From: Squalus acanthias
Taxonomy: Eukaryota
Assembly: GCA_030390025.1 (NCBI GenBank)
Contig: CM059431.1
Location: 129,706,001-129,770,000 of the forward strand
Direction of reading: 5' to 3'
Length of the DNA: 64,000 nucleotides
The notes beneath the pieces were generated by a model. The model worked only from the letters and a program-made list of their open reading frames with translations. It did not search any database and had not been told where the DNA came from. Positions 1-13,505 of the stretch are shown here, piece after piece. How positions within the stretch are numbered: position 1 is the stretch's first letter; every line of letters starts with the position of its first letter. The position numbers were made by a program, and so were the translations under genes.

Positions 1-1880
1 GCACACAGTACTCCAGGTGTGGTCTCACCAAGGCCCTGTATAACTGTAGTAAGACATTCTTGCTCCTGTACTTAAATCCTCTTGCAATGAAGGCGAACAT
101 ACCATTGGCCTTCCTAACTGCTTGCTGCACCTGCATGTTTGCTTTCAGTGACTGGTGTACAAGGACACCCAGGTCCCTTTGTACATCAACATTTCCCAAT
201 CTATCACCATTTAAGTAATACTTTGCCTTTCTGTTTTTCCTACCGAAGTGAATAACTTCACATTTATCCACGTTATTCTGCATCTGCCATGTATTTGCCC
301 ACTCACTCAACTTGTCTAAATCACCTTGAAGCCTCATTGCATCCTCCTCACAAATCACAATCCCACCTAGTTTTGTGTCATCAGAAAACTTGGAAATATT
401 ACATTTGGTTCCCTCATCCAAATCATTGATATATATTGTGAATAGCTGGGGCCCAAGCACTGATCCCTGCGGTACCCCACTAGTGACTGCCTGCCACCCC
501 GAAAAAAGACCCATTAATTCCTACTCTCTGTTTCCTGTCTGTTAACCAATTTTCAATCCATACCAGTATATTACCCCCAATCCCATGTGCTTTAATTTTG
601 CACACTAACCTCTTATGTGGGACTTTATCAAAGGCCTTCTGAAAATCCAAATACACCGCATCCACTAGGTTCTCCCTTATCTATTCTACCAGTTACATCC
701 TCAAAAAACTCCAGTCGGTTTGTCAAACACGATTTCCCTTTCATAAATCCATGTTGACTTTGTTTAATCCCATTGATATTTTCTAAGTGTCCTGTTATCA
801 CATCCTTTATAATAGACACTAGCATTTTCCCTACTACTGATGTTAGGCTAACCGGTCTATAGTTCCCTGTTTTCTCTTTCCCTCCTTTTTTAAATAGTGG
901 GGTTACATTTGCCACCCTCCAATCTGCAGGAACTGTTCCATAATCTATAGAATTTTGGAAGATGACAACCAATGCATCCACTATTTCCATGGCTACCTCT
1001 TTTAGTACTCTGGGATGCAGATTATCAGGCCCTGGGGATTTATCGGCTTTCAGTCCCATTAATTTCTCCAGCACTATTTTTTTACTAATACTAATTTCCT
1101 TTAATTCCTCCTTCTCACTGGACCCTTGGTTCCCTAGCATTTCTGGGAAGTTATTTGTGTCCTCTTCCATGAAGGCAGAACCAAAGTATTTGTTTAATTG
1201 CCAAGCCATTTCCTTGTTCCCCATTATAAATTTTCCCGTTTCTGACTGTAAGGGACTTACATTTGTCTTCACTACTCTTTTTCTTTTTACGTACTTGTAG
1301 AAGCTTTTACAGTCCACTTTTATGTTCCTTGCAAGTTTACTCTCATAATCTATTTTTCCCATCTTAATCAATTGCTTGGTCCTTTTTTGCTGAACTCTAA
1401 ACTGCTCCCAAACCTTAGGCTTGCTACTTTTTCTGGCAACTTTATATGACGCTTCTTTGGATCTAATACCATCCTTAATTTCTTTTGTTAGCCATGGTTG
1501 GGCCGCTTTTCCTTTTGTGTTTTTGCGCCAGAAAGGAATGTATAACTGTTGCAATTCATGCATTCGTTCCTTAAATGTTAGCCATTGCCTATCCACCATC
1601 ATGCCTTTTAATTAAGCTCCCCAATCTATCATAGCCAACTCACTCCTCATACCTTCGTAGTTTCCTTTGTTTAGATTTAGGACCCTAGTTTCGGATTGGA
1701 CTTCTTCGCTTTCCATCTTAATGAAGAATTCTATCATGTTATGGTCACTCTTCCCTAAAGGACCCTGCACAACAAGATTATTAATTAACCCCTTCTCATT
1801 GCATAATACCCAAACTAGGATAGCCTGTTCCCTAGTTGGCTCCTCAATGTACTGGTCTAAAAAACCATCTCATACACACA
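1..1880 (-). mobile_element. CR1 LINE fragment (ORF2 RT region, frameshifted), running off the window edge
   Basis: ORFs 628..1602 and 480..665 carry CR1 ORF2 motifs: KSPGPD, W..ANVTPLFKKG, NYRPVSLTSVVGK, QHGF.KGKSCLTN and [13 protein letters not shown]. Confidence 0.93.
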
Positions 1881-2370
1881 AAAAAACCATCTCATACACA
1901 CCTACGAGATGTTAATCCCCCTACCCCCAACAATCACAATGAAATAAGCTTTCTCAACTCAGACTTTAAGTTACTGCATAGCATTATGGTTTTGTAATGT
2001 TACCAGCACTGGGAAAAGCATTTATTAAAAGGGTCACCCAAAACATCAATTCATCTGTTCTCTCCAGATACTGCCTGACCTGAGAGCACTGCTAACAGTA
2101 CAGTTCTAGTTGCATCTCCGTTAGGGGCATTATAATGCCAAATAAGCATTGTAAAGCATAGCAATGAAAAGCAGCTAAGAAGTACTGGTTAATACTGTAC
2201 CCCTTGGATGTCTTAGGAACATTACAGTTCCAACCAACATGCATTTTCAATGGGTGGTGTGCAAAAGAGGGCAATACAAGTATGCACAATATCTATTTTG
2301 AGTACTGGTAAAACCCATGATGTTAAACTAGTGGCCCTGATCAAAATTCTAATGTCTGTATAGCTCAAGG

Positions 2371-2760
2371 AGTCAGCCTTGGTTCAGTGATAGCACTCCA
2401 TTGAGTTAGAAGGCCTTAAATAATCTCGTCTGACACTTCAGTGTACTATTGAGGGAGTGCTACATTGTTAGAAATGAGACATTAAACCATGGACACATCT
2501 GCCCTCTAAGGTGGATGTAAAAGATTCCATGACACTATTTGAAGAACAGCAGGGGAGTTCTCCATGCCATGACCAATATTTATACCTCAACCAATTACAT
2601 TAAAATTGATCATCTGGTGCTTACTCTCATTGCTGTTTGTGGGACCTTGCTGTGAGCAGATTGGCTACTACATTTCCCTACATTACAAGTACTTAATTGG
2701 CTGTAAAGCACTTTGGGATACCCTGAAGTTGTGAAAGGTGCTATGTAAATGTAAGTTATT
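2371..2760 (+). mobile_element. Deu-domain SINE (SacSINE1/AmnSINE-like)
   Basis: Degenerate tRNA-like head, Deu-domain core CATTGCTGTTTGTGGGACCTTGCTGTG...ATTGGCT and tail GAAAGGTGCTATGTAAATGTAAG. A similar copy lies at 26580-26885. Confidence 0.7.
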
Positions 2761-3284
2761 TGTTACAATGGAAATGCCCCTATATGGAGGATCAAAGTAC
2801 CCCAATTCTTAGCCCTGATTTGATTAGGCAGTTACGCTATTAAAATCCACAGCCAAATAGGTTAGTATGCTTTGACACCAGCAGTCGATGTTCAAAGATT
2901 CGTTAACTGCTTTAAAAATTCATTCCTGCCATTACCAATGCCACCACAATTAAAGTTAGTCTGACATGTACATCTTAAAACAGAATGGATAGATCAGAAG
3001 GCCACTTTCAAAGCTGTTCCACTGAAGTAACCAGCCCTGCTCAAATTTAGTTTCCATCCAGTGCGCATGCCATCCTGGCCAAAGCCAAACATATCGTGGG
3101 ACTGTGACCACATTATCCTCACACCCGTATTTCAGACATACTATCCTGTGGTTTACTTGTGGCAATGCACTCACGGTACCAGCCCCACTTCACCTAGCCA
3201 TGTTACATTGGGCCATCACCTGCACTGGGTTTTTTTCCCTCATGTTTGCATGGTCACCTTCACTGTGCCCCAAGGTTCCTTCCT

Positions 3285-3705
3285 CATTTTGATACCAGGG
3301 CTTAGAGGGCTAAATTATGAAGAGAAGGTTTCATGAACTTATCTTGTACTCTTCAGAGTAAAGGAGATTAGGGGTGATCTAGGTGTTTAAATGTTAAAAG
3401 GATTTGATTGGGATGGGTAGATATGGATAAACTACTTCCTCCGGTGGGAAAATTAAGAACAAGTGGTCATCATCTTATTAGAACTAGGCCGATCAAGAGC
3501 AAAATCAGAAAGCACATTTTCACACAAAGGTTGTAATAATTTGGAACTCATCCCTAACAGGCTCTGGGTGCTAGGACAATTAGAGCTTTCAAGACTGAGA
3601 TATAGGTTTTTGTTAGGTAAGGGTGTCAAAGGATAGGGAGCAAAAGCAATAAAATGGAGTTGATGTGCAATCTGCCATCATCTAACTGAATGGCAGAGCA
3701 GGCCC
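3285..3705 (+). mobile_element. Old CR1 3' fragment
   Basis: LIPGLRGLNYEE-type ORF2 C-terminus followed by a decayed CR1 3' UTR. Confidence 0.7.
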
Positions 3706-4475
3706 CCCTAATATTCCTCATTAAATTGTTCTCCCAACATTCACAAGCACGGGGCCGGCTTTCATATGAAAATACCTAGTTTTACATCTCTACGACCATA
3801 CTTGATCAACCAGCATTAACAGGCAGTCAGGACTGCCCATCTGACAAATTTGGGGATATGCCCAATCTTGCAACATTGGCAAGCCCTGCAAGAAAATCTG
3901 CAGCCTTGCTCCAATCCCAACCTAGCTGTTCAATTATAAGATTGAGTAAATAATGAACTAGATAGATAGTACAGAAACAGGCTATTCGGCCCAAGTGGTC
4001 CATGGAGGTGCTTATGCTCCAAACAAGCCTCCGCCCACCCCTCTTCATCCAACCCTATCAGCATACCCTTCCATTCCTTTCTCTGTCAGGTGATTATCTA
4101 GCTTCACTGTGAATGCATCTATGACATTCGCCTCAACTACTCTGTGTGGTCGCAAGTTTCTTATATTAGCCACTCTCTGAATTCCCTATTGGATTTATTA
4201 TATTTATGGCACCTAGTTTTGGATTCCCCACAAGTGGAAACATCTTCTCTGTGTCTACCCTATCAAACCCTTTTATGATCTTAAAGACCTCTATCAGGTC
4301 ACCCCTCAGCCTTCTCTTTTCTAGAGAAAAAAGTCACAGCCTGTTCAATCTTTCCTGATAGTTATAACGTCTCAGTTCTGGTATCATACTTTGCACCTTC
4401 TTCAGTGCCTATGTCCTTTTTATAATATGAAGACCAGAACTGTTCACAGTACACCAAGTGTGGTCTAACCAAGGT

Positions 4476-7400
4476 TAGAATCATAGAATCATTACAGCAC
4501 AGTAGAAGGCCATTCGACCCGACGAGTCCATGCCAGCTCTCAGCAAGAGCAATTCAGCTAGTTACAATCCCCCGTCCTTTCCCCGTAGCCCTGCAATTTT
4601 TTATCCATCAGGTACTTATCTAATTCCCTTTTGAAAGCCATGATTGAATCTGCCTCCACCACCCTTTCAGGCAGTGCATTCCAGATCATAACCACTTGTG
4701 TAAAAAAGTTTTCCCTCATGTCGCCTTTGGATTTTCTGCCAATCACCTTAAATTTGTGTCCACTGGTTCTCGACCTTTCCACCAATGGGAACAGTTTCTC
4801 TCTATCTACTCTATCTAGACCCCTCATGATTTTGAACATCTCTATTAAATCTCCACTCAATTGTCTCTGCTCTGAGGAGAACAACCCCAGCATCTCCAGT
4901 CTATCCACATAACTGAAGGCCCTCAGCTCTGGAACTATTCTTGTAAATCTTTTCTGCACCTTCTCTAAGGCCTTCACATCCTTCCTAAAGTGCGGTGCCC
5001 AGAATTGGACACAATACTCCAGTTGTGGCCGAATCAGTGTTTTATAAAGATTCATCATAACTTCCTTGCTTTTTTACTCTATTCCTCCATTTATAAACCC
5101 CAGGATCCCGTATGCTTTTTAAACCGCTTTCTCAACCTGCCCTGCCACCTTCAACGATTTGTGCATATATACCCCCAGAACTCTCTGTTCCTGCACCTCC
5201 TTTAGAATAGTACCCTTTAGTTTATATTGCCTCTCTTCATTCTTCCTACCAAAATGTAACACTTCGCACTTTACTGTGTTAAACTTCATCTGCCACGTGT
5301 CTGCCCATTCCACCAGCCTATGTCCTCTTGAAGTCTATTCCTATCCTCCTCACTGTTCACTATACTTCCAAGATTTGTGTCATCCACAAATTTTGAAATA
5401 GTACCCCGTACACCCAAGTTCAAATCATTAATTTATATCAAGAAAAGCAGTGGTCCTAGTACCGACCCCTGGGGAACATCATTGAATACCTTCCTCTAGT
5501 CCGAAAAACAACCGTTCACCACTACTCTCTGTTTCCTGTCACTTAGCCAATTTCGTATCCATGCTGCCACTGTCCCTTTTATTCCATGGGCTTCAACGTT
5601 GCTGGAAAGCCTATTATGTGCCACTTTATCAAACAACTTTTGGATGTCCATGTACACCACATCAACTGCATTGCCCTCATCAACCCTCTCTGTTACCTCA
5701 TCAAAAAATTCAATCAAGTTAGTTAAACACGATTTTCCTTTAACAAATCTGTGTTGGCTTCCCTTAATTAATCCACACTTGTCCAAGTGACTGTTAATTT
5801 TGTCCCGGATTATCGTTTCCAAAAGCTTCCCCACCACCGAGGTTAAGCTGACTGGCCTGTAGTTGCTGGGTTTATCCTTACACCCTTTTTTGAACAAGGG
5901 TGTAACATTTGCACTTTTCCACTCCTCTGGTACCACCCCGTATCCAAGGAGGATTGGAAGATTATGGCCAGCACCTCCGCAATTTCCACCTTTACTTCCC
6001 TCAGCATCCTAGGATGCATCCCATCTCGTGACTTATCTACTTTAAGTAAAGTCAGCCTTTATAGTACCTCATTATCAATTTTTATCCCATCCAGTATCTC
6101 AACTACCTCCTCTTTCACTATGACTTTGGCAGCATCTTCTTCTTTGTAAAGACAGATGCGATGTATTCATTTAGTACTTTAGCCATGCCCTCTGCCTCCA
6201 TGTGTAGGTCTCCTTTTTGGTCCCTAATCGGCCCCACCCCTGCTCTTACTACCCGTTTACGATTTATATGCCTATAGAAGACTTTTGGATTAACTTTTAT
6301 ATTATCTGCCAGTCTATTCTCATATTCCCTCTTTGCCCCTCTTATTTCCTTTTTCACTTCCCCTCTGAACTTCCTGTATTCAGCCTGGTTCTCACTTGTA
6401 TTCTCAACCTGACATCTGTCATATGTCCCTTTTTTCTGCTTTATCTTACTCTCTATCTCTTTCATCATCCAGGGAGCTCTGGCTTTAGTTGCCATACCTT
6501 TCCCCCTCATGGGAATGGATCTCGACTGTACCCGAACTATCTCCTCTTTAAAGGCAGACCATTGCTCAATTACAGTTTTGCCTGCCAATCTTTGATTCCA
6601 ATTTACCCGGGCCAGGTCCGTTCTCAACCCACTGAAATTGGCCCTCTTCCAATTAAGTATTTTGACTCTAAATTGCTCTTTGTCCTTTTCCATAGCTAAC
6701 CTAAATCTTATGCTACTATGATGACTGTTCTCTAAATGTTCCCCTACTGAAACTTGATCCACCTGACCCACCTCATTCCCCAGAACCAGATCCAGCAATG
6801 CCTCCTTCCTCGTTGGGATGGAAACGTACTGATCAAGAAAGTTCTCCTCAAACAACTAAGAAATTCTTCCCCCTCTCTGCCCTTTACACTATTACTATCC
6901 CAGTCTATATTAGGATAATTGAAGTCCCGCATTATCACTACTCTATAGTTCTTGCACCTCTCTGTAATTTCCCTGTAAATTTGCTCCTCTATATCCTTCC
7001 CACTAGTAGGTGGCCTATAGAATACACCTAGCAGTGTAATGGCACCTCTATTGTTTCTTAACTAACCAAATAGATTCTGTCCTTGACCCCTCCAGGACAT
7101 CCTCTCTCTCCAGCACTGTAATATTCTCCTTAATCAATACTGCCACCCCACCTCCTTTCTTTCCTGAACACCTCATATTCAGGAATATTTAGTACCCAAT
7201 CCTGCCCTTTTTTGAGCCAGGTCTCCGTTATCACCACAAAATTATATTCCCATGTGGCTATTTGCGCCTGCAGCTCACCAACCTTATTTACCATGCTTCG
7301 TGCGTTTACATACAGGCATTGTAAACCTATCTTAGATCTTCTTGTATTGTCTCTGAGTATGACCCCACTTAATGCCGTACTAGCTCTTACTCTAGTGCTA

Positions 7401-8413
7401 TCTGTATCTCCCACTCTTTTGTGCACCATGTTTCTCCTTTCTAATGCTACATCCTGGTGCCCAAACCCCTGCCAAATTAGTTTAATACCTCCCCAACAGC
7501 ACTAGCAACCCCCACCCCCACACACCCCCTCCTGCAAGGATATTGGTCCCGGCTCTGTTGAGGTGCAACCCATCTGGCCTGCACAGGTCCCATCTCCCCC
7601 AGAACTGGTCCCAATGTCCCAGGAATCTAAAGCCCTCCCTCCTGCACCATCTCTCTAGCCATGCATTCATCTGCTCTATCCTCCTATTTCTAAACTCACT
7701 TGCGCGTGGCACCAGGAGTAATCCGGAGATTACTGCCTTTGAGGTCCTGCTTTTTAATCTCTTTCCTAGCTCCCTAAAATCTGCCTGCAGAACCTCATCC
7801 CTCTTTCTACCTATGTCATTGATACCGATATGGACCAGAACCTCTGGCTGTTCACCCTCCCTTCTCAGAATGTTCTGCAGCTGCTCAGTGACATCCTTGA
7901 CCCTGGCACCAGGGAGGCAACTTACCATCCTGGAATCACGTCTGCGGCCACAGAAATGCCTGTCTGTTCCCCTAACTATTAAATCCCCTATCACTATTGC
8001 ATTCCCAATCTTCCTCCTACCCCCCCCCCCCCCCCACATACAGCTGAGCCACCCGTGGTGCCATGGACTTTGCTCTGGCTGTACTCCCCAGAGAAACCAT
8101 CGCCCTCACCAGTATTCAGTGCTGAATATCGGTTATGGAGCGAGATGCACTCAGGGGATTCCTGCACTATCTGTCTGGTCCTCATTTTCTCTCTGGCGGT
8201 CACCCATTTCTTCTCTGCCTGCACACTCTTACGCTACGGGGTAACCACCTTCTGAAACGTGCTATCCACGAAGCTCTCAGCCTCACGGATGCACCGCAGT
8301 GACACCAGCTGCTGCTCAAGCTCCGAAACCTGGAGTTCGAGCTCCTCCGGCTGACGACATTTCCTGCACATGTGGTTGTCCAGGACACGAGTAGCGTTCT
8401 GGAGTTCCCACAT
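4476..8413 (-). mobile_element. Near full-length CR1 LINE (ORF1 with SGNH esterase plus ORF2 APE/RT, frameshifted), nested in an older CR1 (about 3960-4475 and 8415-8598)
   Basis: ORF1 pieces HMCRKC, IVIGD.IVRG, VHIG.NDIG and DGLHLN (7482-8410). ORF2 pieces CLYVNARS, VITETWL, LDLVL, NYRPVSLTS and RPQLEYCVQFW. Confidence 0.93.
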
Positions 8414-9376
8414 AGTTCTACACAATTTTAACATAACTTCTCTGTTTGGACTTATTTTCCAAGGAGTATGTTGCCTCCTTATTCTTCGTACCAAAATGCA
8501 GTTAACACTTGTCTATATTGAAATTAAGTTGCCAAATTACATGCCCATTCTGCAAGTTTATTAATGTCTTCTTGAATTTTGTCACAGTCCTCCTCAGGAC
8601 ATAAGACATAAGAAATAGGAGCAGGAGTAGGCTATTCGGCCCTTCGAGCCTGCTCTGCAATTCAATAAGATCATGGCTGATCTTCTTCCTCAACTCCACC
8701 TTCCCGCCCTATCCCCATATTCCTTGATTCCCTTAGTATCCAAAAATCTTTCGATCTCGGTCTTGAATATACTTAACGACTGCGCAACCACAGCTCTCTG
8801 GGGTCGAAATTCCAAAGATTCACAACCCTTTGAGTGAAGAGGTTTCTCTTTATCTCAGTCCTAAATGGTCGACCCCTTATTCTGAGACTGTGGCCTCTAG
8901 TTCTAGACTCCCCAGCCAGGGGAACTATCCTCCCAGCATCTACCCTGTCAAGCCCTTAAGAATTTTATATGTTTCAATGAGATCACCTCTCATCTTCTAA
9001 ACACTATGGAATATAGGCCTAGGGGGAAAAATTTGTTATCGACCATTCTGGGGCGCTAACATCGGCCGGCCGCAAATTTTAGCGCCCAGCGCAAATTAGC
9101 GCCGGCATCCATGAAATTCCCCTCCACCACCCCTGGAGGTGATTGGAGCATTAAATCAAGCGCTACACACTTCTTTAGGGTGCTAACGTCAGGGAACGGG
9201 ACGCTACCTCAGAGCGCTACTCAAGCTCTGGCGCTGTCAATTACCTAGTACTCAGACAGACTGGCGCCTTCCAGTTCTTAAAGGGGAGGTTCAATTATGC
9301 TGCACAGCCTCACCCTGATCATTGCTGCTTGTGACCTGGGCCTGCAAGGAGGTGCAATTCTTTAACCAGGAATCTC

Positions 9377-11260
9377 ATGGCTGCTCAGAGGCCCAGAGAG
9401 AGAGCTCGCCGGTTCAGCAGCCAGGCATTGGAGGCTCTGGTTGCGGCTGTGGAACGCCGACGGGCAGTGCTGTTCCCAGACACTGGTAGGAGGCCATTGC
9501 CCCGGGTGTTCGCAAGGATGTGGAGGGAGGTGACCCAGTACGCCTCGTCCAGAAGCATGGTCCAAAGGACTCACACCCAGTGCTGCAAGAAGTTCAACAA
9601 TCTCACTCGGGTGGTCAGGGTGAGTACGTGCTTGAAATACCACTACATCCTACCATCTCAACCTCACTCTGTACACAGACGGTATAAACTGCCAAATCCC
9701 CAACACTCACCCATCAACTATGCCCATCTACTAAAAGTCACATCCACACCTTGCAGACAGTAATGGCTATTCAACTATGGTAGGCACATCTGCCAAACAC
9801 ATGGCTGCACACTCACTCACACGATGCCCTTTCTCTTGCAGGCCAAGCTTGCTCATAACAGGAGGGAGCAGCTATGCACAGGGTCAGGCGGAGCTGCACC
9901 TCCTCACACAGCTGGAGAAGCAAGTGCACAGAATCATCATGAGCAATGTCATGGGTGCTGTGGCAGTCGGAGAGGTCAACCCCCTTGGGGACAGCAACAG
10001 TATGTTCATCACCTCTGCTTCCTCTCATACCACTTCCCCCTCACAACACGAGCCCTTCCCGCTTTCCATCTAAGTATACGGTCTCCATTCATTGCTCCCT
10101 TCCTGACCCCCTCCCCTCACGTTAAACCCACTCTTGTGCCTTCCTGCTTTCAGATGGTGAGCCACCATCTGAACAGCCTGTCTCTCAGCCTCCCAGTGGC
10201 AACGATGCGGGAGAGGAGGAGGAACACCTCACTGCCTGCGTCTCCTGAGGGCAACACATTGGATACTGGGGCCACGCGGTCGCTAGAAGGGAGCAGAGGA
10301 ATTGGCTCTGATGTGGGTGAAGCTCCGGGACCCAGCTGGCTGCAGCAACGCCATGGGGAAAGGGAAGCTCAGGGGCCATCTCCTCGGAGGGTGAGTGCGC
10401 GCACGAGTTCTGCTGCACAGGACTCAGATGAGGACCTCAATGTCGAGGCGATGAACACACAGGCGATGAGCATGCATACTGAGCTCATGGGTGCAATGGC
10501 AAGGGTGCCCGAGAGCATGGATGCACTGGCTAGGAGTGTGGAGGAGTCCGCCACCAGCACTGCTGCCATCTGTGCGCAAACCCTCGAGCCCATCCTTGCC
10601 ACTTTGCAGAGGATGGTTGACTTGCAGGGAGACCGTGGGGACCCAGAGCCCATGCCGTGTGTAATGGGTGAGGTGGCAGCATCTATTGCAGCCCAGGCCG
10701 AGGCAAAACAACGGCTTATTGCTGTAATCAAGTGATTGGTTGGTGCCATCCAATCTCAGACTGCTCTGATGCAGTCTCAGATTGATGCCACGCAAGCGCT
10801 GACTGCTGCCATCATCGCTGGGTCACCCACTATCCACCGGGGATCCCACGGTACTGCAACAGGTCAGCAATCTGTGCCCAAGCAGATTGCTCCGGATGCT
10901 GAGGTTCTGCCCCGGGGGAGTGGCAGTGTGTTGGTTGAGCAGGAAGGTGCTGTCCTCTCTCAGGATGACAGCATTCCTGCTCCCACAATTGCCACTCCGC
11001 CATGGCACTTGCTGCAGCCTGTAACCCAGCCAGCCCAGACTGCTGCCACCCATGCAGAGTTGGTGCAGTCTGCAGCCAAGCTCACCAGGCGCAGAGCTGG
11101 TCGACAGCGTCCTGCAAGGCTATCTGCAGTCTCTGGCTCTCATACTCAGCAGCCTTCCACCAGCCTTGCTGCAGTCACTGGGGCCACATTATGGAGGAGC
11201 AGTAGGGTTGGGAGGGGGAAGTGCAAAGGGGAGATCATTGAGGAAGGCACAGTAAATAAT
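9377..11260 (+). pseudogene. Harbinger Myb/SANT-like (trihelix) DNA-binding protein gene, 3 exons, frameshifted
   Basis: Exon 1 at 9377-9619 (MAAQRPRERARRFS...W.EV...RT.TQC.KKFNNL) ends at donor GTGAGT. Exon 2 starts at 9842 after TTGCAG (AKLAHNRRE...TGSG). Exon 3 starts at 10154 after TTTCAG. The 3' end is approximate. Confidence 0.8.
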
Positions 11261-11556
11261 TTTTTTTTAGAGCAAATGGGGGGAGTGTGTGTACCAAAGT
11301 TCGATGTGTTTGTAAATATATTGTTCAGTTTGGTAAGAATTATTTCCATGTGCTAAGAACCAGTTCTGTTTGTTCATAAATTGTTGTGTTTGTTTGTCTT
11401 ATTAAACACAACCAATAACAGAGTTGTACAGAATAATAAATGTTTATTTCAACGTTACGAATTTGGTCATGTTTCTCATTGGAACTTTGGCCGGTCATCA
11501 GGGCTGCGAGCTGGCTGAAATGATGTGGTTGTTGATCCCAAATGACATCTGCTCTC

Positions 11557-12709
11557 TCATTCATTGGAAGCGGTGTGTAATGAAGCGTTCACGAACGGCC
11601 CTTGCAGAAGCAACATTGAGCGGCTCCCTCCTACATTGGTGCTGCTACTCCTCCTCTTCATCCTCCTCCTATGCCTTTTCCTCCTCTCCTCCTGAGGTGG
11701 TCCACCAATCCCTGGTGGCAATGGCAGGGTCCTCAGAATGGCAAGGTTGTGCAGCGTGCAGCATACAACTATGAAAACGGATACTCGATCAGGGTAGTAC
11801 TGCAGGGCTCCTTCAGAGTGGTCAAGACAGCGGAACCGTTGCTTTAGCACACCGATGGCTCCGAGTGGCACTATGGCTCTCATTATATGCGAGCTCAGCA
11901 GGAGTGTTGGGGTTACAGAGCGGTGTCATCAGCCAGGTGACGAGTGGATAACCCTTGCCCCCGAAGTGCCAGCCACGAGCTTGATGCGGTGGTTGGAACA
12001 GTGCTGGGACACCAATCTGGCGCAGGATAAATGCATCATGGCTGCTGCCAGGATAGCGGGCATTGATGGCGAAGATGCGCTGTCTGTGGTCGCACACCAA
12101 CTGCACAGAGAGTGGTAGCCTCTGCATTTGCGGAACACCTCTGCATTTTGTTGAGGTGCCCGCAATGCCACATGGGTGCAGTCAATGGCACACTGAACCA
12201 TAGGGAAGCCCGCTATCCTAGCAAAGCCACATGCACGTTCATGCCGTTTGTCTCAGGTCATAGGGAATGAGATGTATTCCCTGCTCCTTCTGTAGAGCAT
12301 CTATGAGCTCCCAGATGCAGCAATGGACAGCAAACTGGGAGATGTTGGCAATATCCCCTGTTGAAGCCTGGAAGGAGCCTCTGGCATAGAAATTGAGAGC
12401 GACTGTGACCTTCACTGCCACCGACAGAGACGTCCTGGTCCTAAGCTGAGGCTGGAGTTCTGGCTGCAGGAGGTGGCAGAGCTCTGTGACCACCTCCTTG
12501 CTGAAGCACAGCCTTCTAAGGTATGGCTCCTCTAACAGATGAATGTATGAGAACTGCTCCCAGAATACCCTGGGAGGGTAAGGTCTCCTGTGGAGAGCCC
12601 TGTTGGCCCTCCTCCCTCTGGCCACATTTTCTAATCTTTCTCTCCGCCTCCGCTGGCAAAGCTGAGGCCCCGTGCCAGTACAGCCCTCCTTAACTCTTGT
12701 ACATGTCAC
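11557..12709 (-). pseudogene. Harbinger (HARBI1-like, DDE_Tnp_4) transposase, frameshifted
   Basis: Motifs across frames: VTVALNFYARGSFQ, AIDCTHV, YPGSSHDAFIL, GGKGYP, IGVLKQRFRCL and IVVCCTLHNL. Confidence 0.88.
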
Positions 12710-13505
12710 AGTACCAAAGGCAAGAGAAATGCAACCTGTTAAGTTTTGCTGACGTGCAAAACTCCTTCAAGTAGGAAACCGGCAAATCTCTCCAAACGCC
12801 TCTCTGCCAGCTGAATTTTGCGGTCAGCACTAAAATCACCGCGCACGGGTGGTAAGTCGTTAGCGCCCCCTGGAGGCACCAACCAACCTAAATTTTCCCT
12901 CTTTAGTTTTCTCAATCTCTCCTCATAGGACAATCCCTTCATCCCAGGCATCAGTCCAGTGAACCTTCATTACACTCCCTCTAAGGCAAGTATATCGTTC
13001 CATAGGTAAGGAGACCAAAACAGTACACAGTATTCCAGGTGTCACTTCACCAAAGGCCCTATATAATAGTAAGACTTCTTTAATCTTCTAGACCCTTTGT
13101 AATAAAATCTAACAGACCATTTGCTTTCCTAATTGCTTGCTGTACCTGCATGTTAACTTTCTGTGATTCGTGTACAAGGGCTCCCAGGTCCCTCTGACTA
13201 CCAACGTTTTCCAGTCTATCACCATTTAAAAAATATTCTGCTTTTGTATATTTCCTACTAAAGTGGCTAACTTTACAATTCCCCACATTATACTCCATCC
13301 ACCTCATTCTTGTCCACTTACTTAATCTGTCTATATCACTTTGCAACCTCTTTGCATCCTCCTCACAGCTTACTATCCCACCTAACTATCAGCAAACTTG
13401 GATACATTACACTTGGTCCCCTCATTCAAGTCATTGATATAGATTGTAAATATCTGAGGCCCAAGCACTGATCCTTGCGGTAGCACACTATTTACAGCCT
13501 GCCAA

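Larger units (their letters stand above)
9022..12902. mobile_element. PIF/Harbinger DNA transposon, full length but decayed (convergent Myb/SANT-like gene and DDE transposase)
   Basis: Termini GGGGGAAAAATTT and AAATTTTCCCTCT, with 3-bp flanks CTA/TTA. Multiple subterminal TAGCGC motifs. The two-gene layout is typical of Harbinger. Confidence 0.9.

Noticed and set aside
962..1300. Recurrent antisense ORFs over CR1 elements (e.g. 962..1300, 4631..4912, 49470..49907, 62867..63388)
   Set aside because: Shadow frames on the opposite strand of CR1 ORF2.
9377..12709. Domesticated host genes (HARBI1/NAIF1/MSANTD-like)
   Set aside because: Both genes are frameshifted and lie between TIRs inside a CR1, and a second decayed relative is present at 47.7-59.8 kb.
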